Source: an uncultured Bdellovibrionales bacterium
Lineage (GTDB): Bacteria > Patescibacteriota > Minisyncoccia > Moranbacterales > GWC2-37-73
DNA length: 54,946 bases
Assembly: GCA_964609855.1 (NCBI GenBank)
Contig: CAZSTB010000009.1
Span: 1 to 54,946 of the forward strand
Direction: 5' to 3'
The position numbers and the translations under genes were made by a program. The number at the start of each line of letters is the position of its first letter. Positions within the stretch are counted from its first letter, which is position 1. This document shows positions 17,907 to 26,241 of this stretch, in pieces. The notes under the pieces are model-generated. The model made no database searches. It was not told the DNA's origin and worked only from the letters and a program-made list of their open reading frames with translations.

Positions 17907-18264
17907 GCCACAGAGAGGCAGTTTTTAATCACCAGTTCAAGACGGATTGGATACCCGTCGTGTCAAGGAAGAGTCTTAGGGATAGGAGCTTCTCCGTAGA
18001 CACCAAGATTCATGACTGAATTGGCGATTAGCAGGACTTCGGAGCGCAAAGCACACCGATGATCTCACTGGACCAGTCCAGGAGAAAAAGCCTGTACTTT
18101 TTAAGAAATCATGACTATGAACCTTATCAGCCGGAAACGGACTCAAGGAACATGGTGCGCCAACTTTTAAAATTGATGGATGGAAATCCACATGATGGAA
18201 CCAGTTGATATCAATTTTTAGGCTGATTCTTTTTAAGGGCTCCTCTCTGTGGCCCTTTTCTTTC
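17907..18264 (+). ncRNA. Putative ~350-nt structured non-coding RNA of unknown class (alternative: MITE)
   Basis: 12-bp terminal pairing GCCACAGAGAGG/CCTCTCTGTGGC; internal helices 17926-17939/18017-18030, GACGG/CCGTC, GTGTC/GACAC, AGCCT/AGGCT, AAAATTGAT/ATCAATTTT; CCG-GAAA-CGG tetraloop; own promoter and U-tailed hairpin. Confidence 0.6.
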
Positions 18265-18291
18265 AAGATAAGTAATTTTACCCAATCTTAT

Positions 18292-18320
18292 ATTATACAC
18301 CTAAATTGAGTAAAAGTCAA
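18292..18320 (-). promoter_or_regulatory. Near-consensus sigma70 promoter antisense to the non-coding element
   Basis: Minus strand TTGACT-17nt-TATAAT. Confidence 0.65.
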
Positions 18321-18335
18321 CCAAAATTAAGCACA

Positions 18336-18371
18336 CACCTAAAAACAGCTCATCTGAGCTGTTTTTAGGTG
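18336..18371 (-). terminator. Terminator after the ATPase operon
   Basis: CACCTAAAAACAGCTCA-tc-TGAGCTGTTTTTAGGTG. Confidence 0.8.
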
Positions 18372-18399
18372 GACATTTTAGCTAGTATTTCAATGCGGT

Positions 18400-20889
18400 T
18401 TAAAAATCAACTTCTTTAACGGCCTGCTGAGCGAATCTTGCGCGTTCCATAATTTCCCGATTAACAATATGCGCATCTCTGCCGTACTTGAGACGCGAAA
18501 GCTCCTTGAGATAATTTGCAGCTTCCTGATTGCCTTTAGTTGGAGGATAAAATTTAATATTGAATGGCTTGGAAAGTTCCCCATTAACTAACATGCGAGT
18601 AAAACCGCTGTAGTTATCCACATTAACGAGATCATTAACCGTGAAAATCGGTAGGAATTGTTTTTCTAAAAATTCCGCATCTTCAGGCCCTACTCGCAGC
18701 GTCACCATTGAACCGACATTACCGAAAACCGCCTTTGAGATTTCATCTTTAAGTTGCCCAATAAACTGATGGGCGATAATCAAGCAGAGACGATACTTTC
18801 TTGCCTCAGATAGAATCTGAGAAATTGAATCGGTCGTGACATTTTGGAATTCATCAAGGTATAAATAAAAATCGCGTCTCTCATTTTCAGGCATGTCTCC
18901 ACGTGCCAAAGCATTCATCAAAATCTTACCCACAATCACCATTCCCAGCAGATGTGCATTAATTTCTCCAATTTTTCCTTTTGACAATTTGACTAACAAA
19001 ATTTTTCCGCCATCCATTATTTCTCTGAAATTTAACGTGCTCTTTTGCTGCGCAATAATCGGGCGCATCATATCATTGGAAATGAAAGTTGTAAGTTTTG
19101 AAGTGATATAAGGAACCATATTGGCAAGTGCCGCCTCCCCACCAGCTTTCTCTGCTTCTTTGATCCAAAAATCTGAAACAACTGGATTCTTGCACTTAGT
19201 AAGCTTCATTTTACGGAAACCGTCGTCGGCCAACACCTTAGAAATCTCCATCAAAGTCGAGCCGGATTCCGGATCTTCCATAATCAGGAGCATGGCATTT
19301 CTCACATACTGTTCAAACATTGGGCCACCGGTTGCCTTAAGGTCATATAATTGATCAAAAATTCCAATCATCTCATTAATAACAAAAGTTTTCTGTTCCG
19401 GATGAGCGGGATCAAACTCTAACATATTCAAACCAAAAGGTCTTTCCATATCAGACGGATCAAAAACAATCACGTCCTCGGCTCGTTCTTTCGGAATTGC
19501 AGTTAGGATGTCTTCAATTGCATCTCCATGTGGGTCAATGAAACAGAAACCTTTTCCACTTCGTGCGTCCTGTTTGGCCATTTCCTGTAAGAAATTTGAT
19601 TTACCAACACCAGTCTGCCCGATTGTGTACAGGTGACGTCTTCTATCACCATCACTGAGTCTAATATCAGTTTTAACCCCGCGATAATCATTGTAACCCA
19701 AAACCATGCCCTCTTTGGGAATGTTTAGTGGAGGCGGAGCAGCACCAGCCTTGAGCCATTTTATCTTAGGCGTTTCCGTAGTGGAAATTGGAAAATGGAA
19801 AATACTGGAAATCTCCTCAGTCGAAAGAATTGCCGCAGTTTCTTCATCAAAATTGCGAAAAATATAATCATAGGATATTACTTTTTCCTTCAAGCGTTTT
19901 TGTACGATAAAATGGTTGACCTCGTGACTTTCAAACTGAGCGAAAGCGTTTTCCATATGACTCAAAATTTCATCTGCACGCTGCTGACTCATGGCGGAAG
20001 CTACCAAACGAATATTCACCTTAAAACCTGCTTTGCCTGATTTAGCTTCGATCTTTTTAATTAACTCCTGCTCTTCGGGGGTGAGCTGGATAGACTCTTT
20101 CTTTCCATACTGATTTTGTGGATCATTCTTCATTGTCTGCACGACTCCCTTACTTAATTCCAACGCCAATGAGGGATTGTGCGCATCTTTCAATTGCTTC
20201 CCTTGCTGCATCTTATGTGCGATTCCTCTGCCAAGCTTGCGCCAACTTTGTCCGGCTGGACGCAAAATCAGCTGAATAGCTGCGCCTTCGCCGTCATCTC
20301 TTAGCTTACTCAACGCATTGGATATTTCACCCAATGGATCAACCTCCATGCCTTCATAAGTAGCTATCGGGAGAGCGTAAGAACGTTTCAAACCCAAAGA
20401 AGCAGCCGAAGTGAAACTGCCTGGGGAAAAAATCGTATAGTCGGGAATTTTTTCAATCGAGGCATGCGGAAAATAACTATGCACCTGCTTTTCAATACTG
20501 TCGCGAAATTTCTTAGGAACTGCTAAATAAAAATGAATCTCTTCGTTTCCTGCTGGGTTAGCTATCTCCAGGGCGATATAAGGTTCGTTATATAAAAAGT
20601 GAGCCAGCAAAGATTTTTTTTCTTTCAAGTTAGCCAGCGTAGTTAATAATTGCTCCATGGCGCCAATTTCTTCTTTCCAAATTTCGCTACCACCAGTCTT
20701 CTGTTCATTTTTATCCTTGAAAATCTTAGTCACTCTAACAATTTCCAAGTCCATATTCATGCTGCGGTTGATTTGTGCGCGATAATTCAAAAAACTTCGC
20801 AGTACCCAAAAAATTCCACTTAAAAACGTGGTTACCGAAAATGTCCATGCAAGAGGAATTAAAAATGCATTCGGATCTATAGTTTCCAT
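18400..20889 (-). CDS. VirB4/VirD4(TraG)-like HerA/FtsK-superfamily ATPase with N-terminal TM
   Basis: RRRHLYTIGQTGVGKS (Walker A), FIDPHGD, LYLDEFQN (Walker B), EARKYRL..AHQ. Confidence 0.88.
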   Translation of the reverse strand: METIDPNAFLIPLAWTFSVTTFLSGIFWVLRSFLNYRAQINRSMNMDLEIVRVTKIFKDKNEQKTGGSEIWKEEIGAMEQLLTTLANLKEKKSLLAHFLYNEPYIALEIANPAGNEEIHFYLAVPKKFRDSIEKQVHSYFPHASIEKIPDYTIFSPGSFTSAASLGLKRSYALPIATYEGMEVDPLGEISNALSKLRDDGEGAAIQLILRPAGQSWRKLGRGIAHKMQQGKQLKDAHNPSLALELSKGVVQTMKNDPQNQYGKKESIQLTPEEQELIKKIEAKSGKAGFKVNIRLVASAMSQQRADEILSHMENAFAQFESHEVNHFIVQKRLKEKVISYDYIFRNFDEETAAILSTEEISSIFHFPISTTETPKIKWLKAGAAPPPLNIPKEGMVLGYNDYRGVKTDIRLSDGDRRRHLYTIGQTGVGKSNFLQEMAKQDARSGKGFCFIDPHGDAIEDILTAIPKERAEDVIVFDPSDMERPFGLNMLEFDPAHPEQKTFVINEMIGIFDQLYDLKATGGPMFEQYVRNAMLLIMEDPESGSTLMEISKVLADDGFRKMKLTKCKNPVVSDFWIKEAEKAGGEAALANMVPYITSKLTTFISNDMMRPIIAQQKSTLNFREIMDGGKILLVKLSKGKIGEINAHLLGMVIVGKILMNALARGDMPENERRDFYLYLDEFQNVTTDSISQILSEARKYRLCLIIAHQFIGQLKDEISKAVFGNVGSMVTLRVGPEDAEFLEKQFLPIFTVNDLVNVDNYSGFTRMLVNGELSKPFNIKFYPPTKGNQEAANYLKELSRLKYGRDAHIVNREIMERARFAQQAVKEVDF

Positions 20890-20954
20890 TTTATATTTTT
20901 TGTTTTATTTTGGTTTTTATTATCAAGCTTACCCAGGTTGATTTTTCCTGTTTT

Positions 20955-21401
20955 TTATATCTCCTTTATCATGCCTTTTTCCACAAGTGCTCCATGCAGC
21001 TCATCTGCGAGCATGCGATCATGCATCGTATCTAAGACGTAATTATCCTGCATATGCCTAGCAACTTTTACTGCATGAAACACGCCTTTCTGCTGAGCAA
21101 TATCAATCAAATGTTGGATTTGAGATTCCGCATCTATTTTTTGCGCCCCAATTTGCGCATCACTGGCAACCTCCGCATGACTGGTCGTATCATCGGTTTG
21201 CTGCACGGCAGACAAAATTTTTCCATAGGCATTATCTTTTTCAGCGGAGCTGATTTCCTGCTGAGAACTTTCGTTTTCTACATTTGTAAAAACGTCTTTT
21301 TCAGCTTGAATTTCCAAATTTTCCAATGGACGCCTTATCTTGCTTTCAAAATCGAGATCCTTTTCTTCAATCGGTTCCAAATTACTTTTCATACAATTCA
21401 T
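20955..21401 (-). CDS. Hypothetical acidic protein
   Basis: Disordered acidic N-terminus, helical C-terminal domain (AQQKGVFHAVKVAR...YVLDTMHD); start probably ATG 21392. Confidence 0.75.
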   Translation of the reverse strand: MNCMKSNLEPIEEKDLDFESKIRRPLENLEIQAEKDVFTNVENESSQQEISSAEKDNAYGKILSAVQQTDDTTSHAEVASDAQIGAQKIDAESQIQHLIDIAQQKGVFHAVKVARHMQDNYVLDTMHDRMLADELHGALVEKGMIKEI

Positions 21402-21488
21402 TTAAACATTTAAGCATTCAAACATTCAAGCATAGCTTTATCTTTGCATTCTTGTTTGCATGTTTACATGTTTGTATGTTCACATGAT
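21401..21488. repeat. Inverted pair of 8-nt-period tracts
   Basis: aaacattt aagcattc aaacattc aagcatag ... gcatgttt acatgttt gtatgttc acatgatt. Confidence 0.7.
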
Positions 21489-21808
21489 TACTTATTAGCC
21501 TGCAGCATTTCTATCTTAAATTCCTCAATCACATTTTCCACCATCTCGTCATAACCTTGGATTTTTTCCTTGAAGAAAGCCTCCACCTGCTCTGGCATGA
21601 TTTCTCCGACAGTCAATTTTTCATATTCTTCGCGTCCCTGCTCCCCAAGCTTCTCCATCGTCTCGAGAAAAATTCGCTTCAGTAAAACTTCCGTCATCTT
21701 TATTATAAGCTCATTTTGTTTATCTTGCGAGAGATTGTCAATTCCCAAATCTTTTATCAGCTGAGTAAGCGCGGCCGCCTGGGAACTTTGGATTATTTCT
21801 TCACTCAT
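21488..21808 (-). CDS. Small acidic helical protein (DUF5663-like)
   Basis: LGIDNLSQDKQNELIIKMTEVLLKRI...FFKEKIQGYDEMV; family assignment from recollection. Confidence 0.7.
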   Translation of the reverse strand: MSEEIIQSSQAAALTQLIKDLGIDNLSQDKQNELIIKMTEVLLKRIFLETMEKLGEQGREEYEKLTVGEIMPEQVEAFFKEKIQGYDEMVENVIEEFKIEMLQANK

Positions 21809-21831
21809 ATTTTTTATTTTATTTATAACAA

Positions 21832-24132
21832 TTACGCAGCCAATTTATTATCAACCGATTCTCTGGTTAGATTCATGATTCGGTAAGTCCAATGTTTAAA
21901 ATCCTCATCAGGCAGTGGCTTCGTCAGCTCTATGCTAGCGTACCCATTGATAGTCTTGATAGCTTTCTTTGAAAGTCCACTTAAACTCTCCTGATTACTT
22001 AAAGCTTCCCGAACGTTTACGTTTTCAAATTTGTGCAGATTGATAATACTCGAATCGAAGAAAGTTTTCCTAATGTTGTTAAATGTTTCCTTATCATCCA
22101 TGGCAAGCAACGATTCCATATGCTCCCTCGCAATTTTGACCGCGCTGCCAATCCTACCCGCCTCATATGCCGGCGCCCAATTATATACGTTGCTGGAAGC
22201 TGCGCGTGAAAGCTCGGTGGCATATCTAGCGTTCTCCTGAAAATTCGGACTATCGCCATCTAAAACTGGCCTCACCCTACTGGCAATAGAACTTGCGATT
22301 TCATGTTTCTCTTCTTGCGCTAAAAGTTCTCCCGCTTGCGTTGCTACCACGTCGCCTTTCCATTGCTGAGCCAATTCATCTGCGTTAATTTCAAGTTCAA
22401 GCGGCGGCGTTAGCATTGGCGCGGAAATTTCAGCCGCAGGAACAGCAGCCTTTGCAGCTTTCATGAAGTTAACGTTGTCTTCATCGATATTCATATGATA
22501 ACTACCATTTGCATCCGGCGTAACATCGAAACTGGTTCCGGGATGAATCTTGCTTAGTCTTGCAACGGCTGCATCATAAGAAATTTTGTTCTCATTGGCA
22601 TAATTAAGCACACCGTCACGGAAAATTGTTTGCGTAGCACCATTGAGATGCTTTTCGTCCCATTCTGGATGCGCTTGTTTCAAGTGATCCTTAAGTCCGC
22701 GCCAAATACTGTCATATTTCTTGTGACCGTCAGCCCCGATAAAAGGTTTTCTGATTTCCACTTTTGAGCTGTGCGCTTTTTCCGCAACCGTTTCAGGAGA
22801 TGCAAGAGGCTGCTCGAAAGAACCTGTTGCTCCAGGCGCACGCATATTAATCGGCGTGCCAGAATCTGGTTTGCCGAATGCCGCATCAGACAAGGGAGTT
22901 TGCACTTTCGCATTTAAAGCAGCGCCACTATCCGGCTTTGGAATTCCCCCAGGCGCAGCATTGCCGCCTACCTTATAATCATCCAGCGCCTTAAATAAGC
23001 CTGTAGTAGCTAGCGTACCAAGCAGCAAAGCAGTTCCAACTGCAATAGTCTTATGCGCATACGACCTGAATACAAACTTGTTAAGCTTTTTATCAATTTT
23101 TTTAATATCGTCCTCCAAAAAATTCTTTATTTTTTCAAAATCAACTTTTCCTTTCTTATCAGTCGCCTCACTGATGTTTCTAAGTGTATCTTTTTGGCCA
23201 GCGCGACTATCCACCTTTTGTGCCAAGGCATCAAGTGCCATGCCGCCGGACGTAGCCATCATCAAAGCCCCCCAAATTCTTTTTCCAGAAGTAAACACAC
23301 CAGCGCCTGCCACGAATGATCCAACCGCCAATCCACCCTTCAGCCAAAGCGGAACTTTTTTATTATAAAAATTTGCAATACTGGTCATCCCAGACATGAC
23401 CACATCTAAACCATGCTTTGCAGCAGACTTATCACCTTTCTCTCGCATGTAAGCAATTTTTTCTTCCGTTCTAGCATTATATAATTCGTGAGCTGCCGTT
23501 ACCTTATAATGAATCATTAACTTTTCTAATTCCTCATTCAATTTCTCGCCTTTCAGCCCCTTATCTTTCAAATTCATAACTTTACTTTGCATATCAGCAC
23601 TAAGAGCTGCCTCATACATTTCCCGCGCCGTCTTTATGTTTGGTGTTTCGCCAATATCTTCCTTGGAGAAAACAAGTTTAGAAAAACGCTTAATTTCCTC
23701 CATTGCTTTGCGATCTCTAAATTCAGTTTTCGCATATTGCTTCCTAGCAATTTCAAGCGGGCTAAGAGACTCTTGTTTTTCAGAACTTTTTTCAGGCTCT
23801 CCAGCTTTTTTTGTTTTTTCTTTTTTCTCAACTTTTTTTACCTCATTAGGAGTCACATTTGTTGATTCCAAAGGCTCGATACCAACAACCGCAGCAGTGT
23901 TTGAATCGGCGGTTTGAAGAGGCTTATTTTCCAGATTTGGAAATTCTGGATCCACAAAATGCATATCGAAATCCTTTTTTTCTTCCGACTGCGAAGCAGC
24001 AACAACTTCGGATTTAGTTTCAATTCCAATTTCAGGCTCCGCATCAAAAATGCTGAGGCGATCGCTCGCTTCTAGTAGGGATTCATTCCTTATTTTATCT
24101 GCTTTCTTGATCAAATTTCCTTCTGCTTCCAT
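21832..24132 (-). CDS. Large hypothetical protein with Gly/Ala-rich hydrophobic segments and a LysM-like motif
   Basis: 766-aa ORF; charged N-terminus; hydrophobic LKGGLAVGSFVAGAGVF and TIAVGTALLLGTLATTGLF; YDSIW...KIHPG resembles a split LysM signature. Confidence 0.75.
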   Translation of the reverse strand: MEAEGNLIKKADKIRNESLLEASDRLSIFDAEPEIGIETKSEVVAASQSEEKKDFDMHFVDPEFPNLENKPLQTADSNTAAVVGIEPLESTNVTPNEVKKVEKKEKTKKAGEPEKSSEKQESLSPLEIARKQYAKTEFRDRKAMEEIKRFSKLVFSKEDIGETPNIKTAREMYEAALSADMQSKVMNLKDKGLKGEKLNEELEKLMIHYKVTAAHELYNARTEEKIAYMREKGDKSAAKHGLDVVMSGMTSIANFYNKKVPLWLKGGLAVGSFVAGAGVFTSGKRIWGALMMATSGGMALDALAQKVDSRAGQKDTLRNISEATDKKGKVDFEKIKNFLEDDIKKIDKKLNKFVFRSYAHKTIAVGTALLLGTLATTGLFKALDDYKVGGNAAPGGIPKPDSGAALNAKVQTPLSDAAFGKPDSGTPINMRAPGATGSFEQPLASPETVAEKAHSSKVEIRKPFIGADGHKKYDSIWRGLKDHLKQAHPEWDEKHLNGATQTIFRDGVLNYANENKISYDAAVARLSKIHPGTSFDVTPDANGSYHMNIDEDNVNFMKAAKAAVPAAEISAPMLTPPLELEINADELAQQWKGDVVATQAGELLAQEEKHEIASSIASRVRPVLDGDSPNFQENARYATELSRAASSNVYNWAPAYEAGRIGSAVKIAREHMESLLAMDDKETFNNIRKTFFDSSIINLHKFENVNVREALSNQESLSGLSKKAIKTINGYASIELTKPLPDEDFKHWTYRIMNLTRESVDNKLAA

Positions 24133-24166
24133 ACTTTTTTGATTTTATTTTGTCTCACTTCAAATA

Positions 24167-26017
24167 TTATTTTGCAAGTTCTTTTTTTATTATTTCAATA
24201 AACTTATCATGATTGCCACGCTCAGTGAGACTTTCTTTTTCAAATAATTCGTCTAGAAATGCAACCAATTCCCCTTCTAAGAAATTTTTCTGATGCTCTG
24301 GTCTCCGTTTTTTCCAGGATTCTTCTTCCTCCATCGCAGCATCAAGCTTTGTCTGAAAAGAACGCGCCATGTCAACAACAACCTTCAAAACTTCCGGATT
24401 TTCCAAGTTCTTTCCAGTGCGCTCTGGCTTATTTTCACTTTCAGTTTCCGCGTCAGCTCCAGTCATGTTTTCCTGTGGAGATATTTCAGCATTATTAATA
24501 ACATATGTCTTACCCTCAAAAACAACTAGCTTCGAATCTTTGTACTTCGTGTTTATAATTTCGAAAATTTCTTTATTTTTTCGCCAAATTTTTTGCAATT
24601 GCGGCTCAAAAGCGTCAACCGCGTCTTCATGATCTGCATACATTTCTGTGTATTCCTCGAAATTTTCTATTACACTTTCCTGTAAAATCACTTCTGCAGA
24701 ATTCTTATATGCCTCAAATTCTTCAGCTGTAACCTCGTCTATTTTTGCAATTGCAGCTTCAAATTGATTTTCAATTTCCGCATAATCTATCCCCGCATTT
24801 TCAATATGTTCATGAGCTAACCTACTGATTTCTTTTTTATCCTCAGGATCAATGCGCTCCGATTTTTTTGTTTTCCTCAGCTCTAAAAATCTACCTTGCG
24901 CTTTGCTCAACATTGGAAGCTCGCTCAAGAACGATTCTGTCAATTGTTTTTCCAAATTTTTATCCTTAATGACAGTCCCATTTTGAGCTGCTTCTTTTTT
25001 AGCTTTTGCAATTTCTTTTCCTATTTCATTATGTGCGAAAGCGCGGAAAAAAAGTTTATGAACATTTGCCTTTTCACATATCCGCTGAAGCAACTTCACA
25101 TTTTCAGCAGTTTTCCATTCAGTTCCCAACTTTTTTGCTTTCTTAATTTCTGCAAGGGTCGATTCATCAGCAATAAATTCTTCGGTCAGCACCGAAGCTG
25201 AATATGAAAGTTCCTCATTCATCGGAGGCTTAGCATTCACATTGAGAATTCTTTCCGTAATAACTCTCTTGATTAACGCTTCTCTCATCAATATCGCCAC
25301 CTCTGCTCGGATCTCATTCAATTGCTTAAGTTCTTTTTGACTCGTCTTTTTCTCAGCTTCAGTCTTAGTAGCTTCCTGCTGCAGTTTTATTGCATCAGCG
25401 ACATGCGCCGCTGGAATTATTTCTTTATCTTTGTCTATGATGTCTTTCTCTTCCTCTACCTTTTCCTTTTCACTCACTACCAAATTCGGCTTTTCAGATT
25501 TATTCAAATCCTCAGCTTGCGCAAAATTTCTAAGCACTTGTACAATGGATATTTTTTCTTCAGGCTTTAGCGCATACACGGAATTTATGCCTGCGTTTTC
25601 ATCTTCAATCAATTCAGGGCTTATTTCCGTTTGCTCATTAGCTATAGTACCTCTCAAAATTTGCTCCAACTCTTCAGCTGAAGAAACTTCCACTTTCCTA
25701 TCAATATAAACCTTGGCAAATTCCACGCATAAATCTTCATTGATCCAATCAACAACTTGCTTGGCGATAACCTTTTTCGTACTACTGCTTCTTTTTGGCA
25801 AGCTATTTAATATCTCATCAAAAAGCTGTTTCCGTGGAAAAATATCAGCAAATGCTTTTTTCATATCAACCTCGTTCGGAATTCGCTTTTCATCTTCAAT
25901 AACCACGTTTAAAGAAACAGCTTCAGGCTTTTTTGATCCTGCTGAATTTGTTTCAGTGGACGGAAATTTCAATCCCTTTAATTGTTCCGCACCCTTAGCG
26001 TTTCCTATTCCAAACAT
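24167..26017 (-). CDS. Large E/K-rich helical hypothetical protein
   Basis: 616-aa ORF, first gene after TG-n-TATAAT at 26057-26065; no recognisable motif. Confidence 0.75.
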   Translation of the reverse strand: MFGIGNAKGAEQLKGLKFPSTETNSAGSKKPEAVSLNVVIEDEKRIPNEVDMKKAFADIFPRKQLFDEILNSLPKRSSSTKKVIAKQVVDWINEDLCVEFAKVYIDRKVEVSSAEELEQILRGTIANEQTEISPELIEDENAGINSVYALKPEEKISIVQVLRNFAQAEDLNKSEKPNLVVSEKEKVEEEKDIIDKDKEIIPAAHVADAIKLQQEATKTEAEKKTSQKELKQLNEIRAEVAILMREALIKRVITERILNVNAKPPMNEELSYSASVLTEEFIADESTLAEIKKAKKLGTEWKTAENVKLLQRICEKANVHKLFFRAFAHNEIGKEIAKAKKEAAQNGTVIKDKNLEKQLTESFLSELPMLSKAQGRFLELRKTKKSERIDPEDKKEISRLAHEHIENAGIDYAEIENQFEAAIAKIDEVTAEEFEAYKNSAEVILQESVIENFEEYTEMYADHEDAVDAFEPQLQKIWRKNKEIFEIINTKYKDSKLVVFEGKTYVINNAEISPQENMTGADAETESENKPERTGKNLENPEVLKVVVDMARSFQTKLDAAMEEEESWKKRRPEHQKNFLEGELVAFLDELFEKESLTERGNHDKFIEIIKKELAK

Positions 26018-26082
26018 ATTGATGTTTCAAAATTAAATAAATTTTCATTTATCAAAATTATACCATGAAAAAAAAATTTAGC

Positions 26083-26177
26083 CTACAAATTTCGTGCGAA
26101 AATATTTTAAAGCAACTCGGTATGTTCTTTTGCGGCAAATAATATTTTTATTGTCGAACGAAGTCGAATTTGTAGAG
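26083..26177. repeat. Imperfect hairpin carrying the TTATTGTCGAACGAAGTCGA motif
   Basis: CTACAAATT/AATTTGTAG and AAAATATT/AATATTTT stems; 26148-26167 is the exact reverse complement of 8122-8141. Confidence 0.65.
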
Positions 26178-26212
26178 TTGCAAAAAAGCTTTCAACTATT
26201 TTAAAAATATAG

Positions 26213-26241
26213 AAAAAACGCGGGGGCTATTGCCCACCGCG
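26213..26241 (-). terminator. Terminator overlapping the stop of the 26227 gene
   Basis: CGCGG-GGGC-tatt-GCCC-a-CCGCG hairpin with T6 tail on minus strand. Confidence 0.65.

Noticed and set aside
17907-18264. RNase P RNA, tmRNA, SRP RNA or group II intron identity for the structured element
   Set aside because: Hallmark sequences (GAGGAAAGUCC, tRNA-like termini, SRP domain IV, full D5) not found on either strand by eye
17976-18266. 96-aa minus-strand ORF
   Set aside because: TTG start, no SD, atypical composition and coincident with dense RNA-like pairing; not called as CDS, though an upstream promoter means it cannot be fully excluded
18400-20889. Integrative conjugative element
   Set aside because: No integrase, relaxase, mating-pair genes or att repeats; flanked by chromosomal genes
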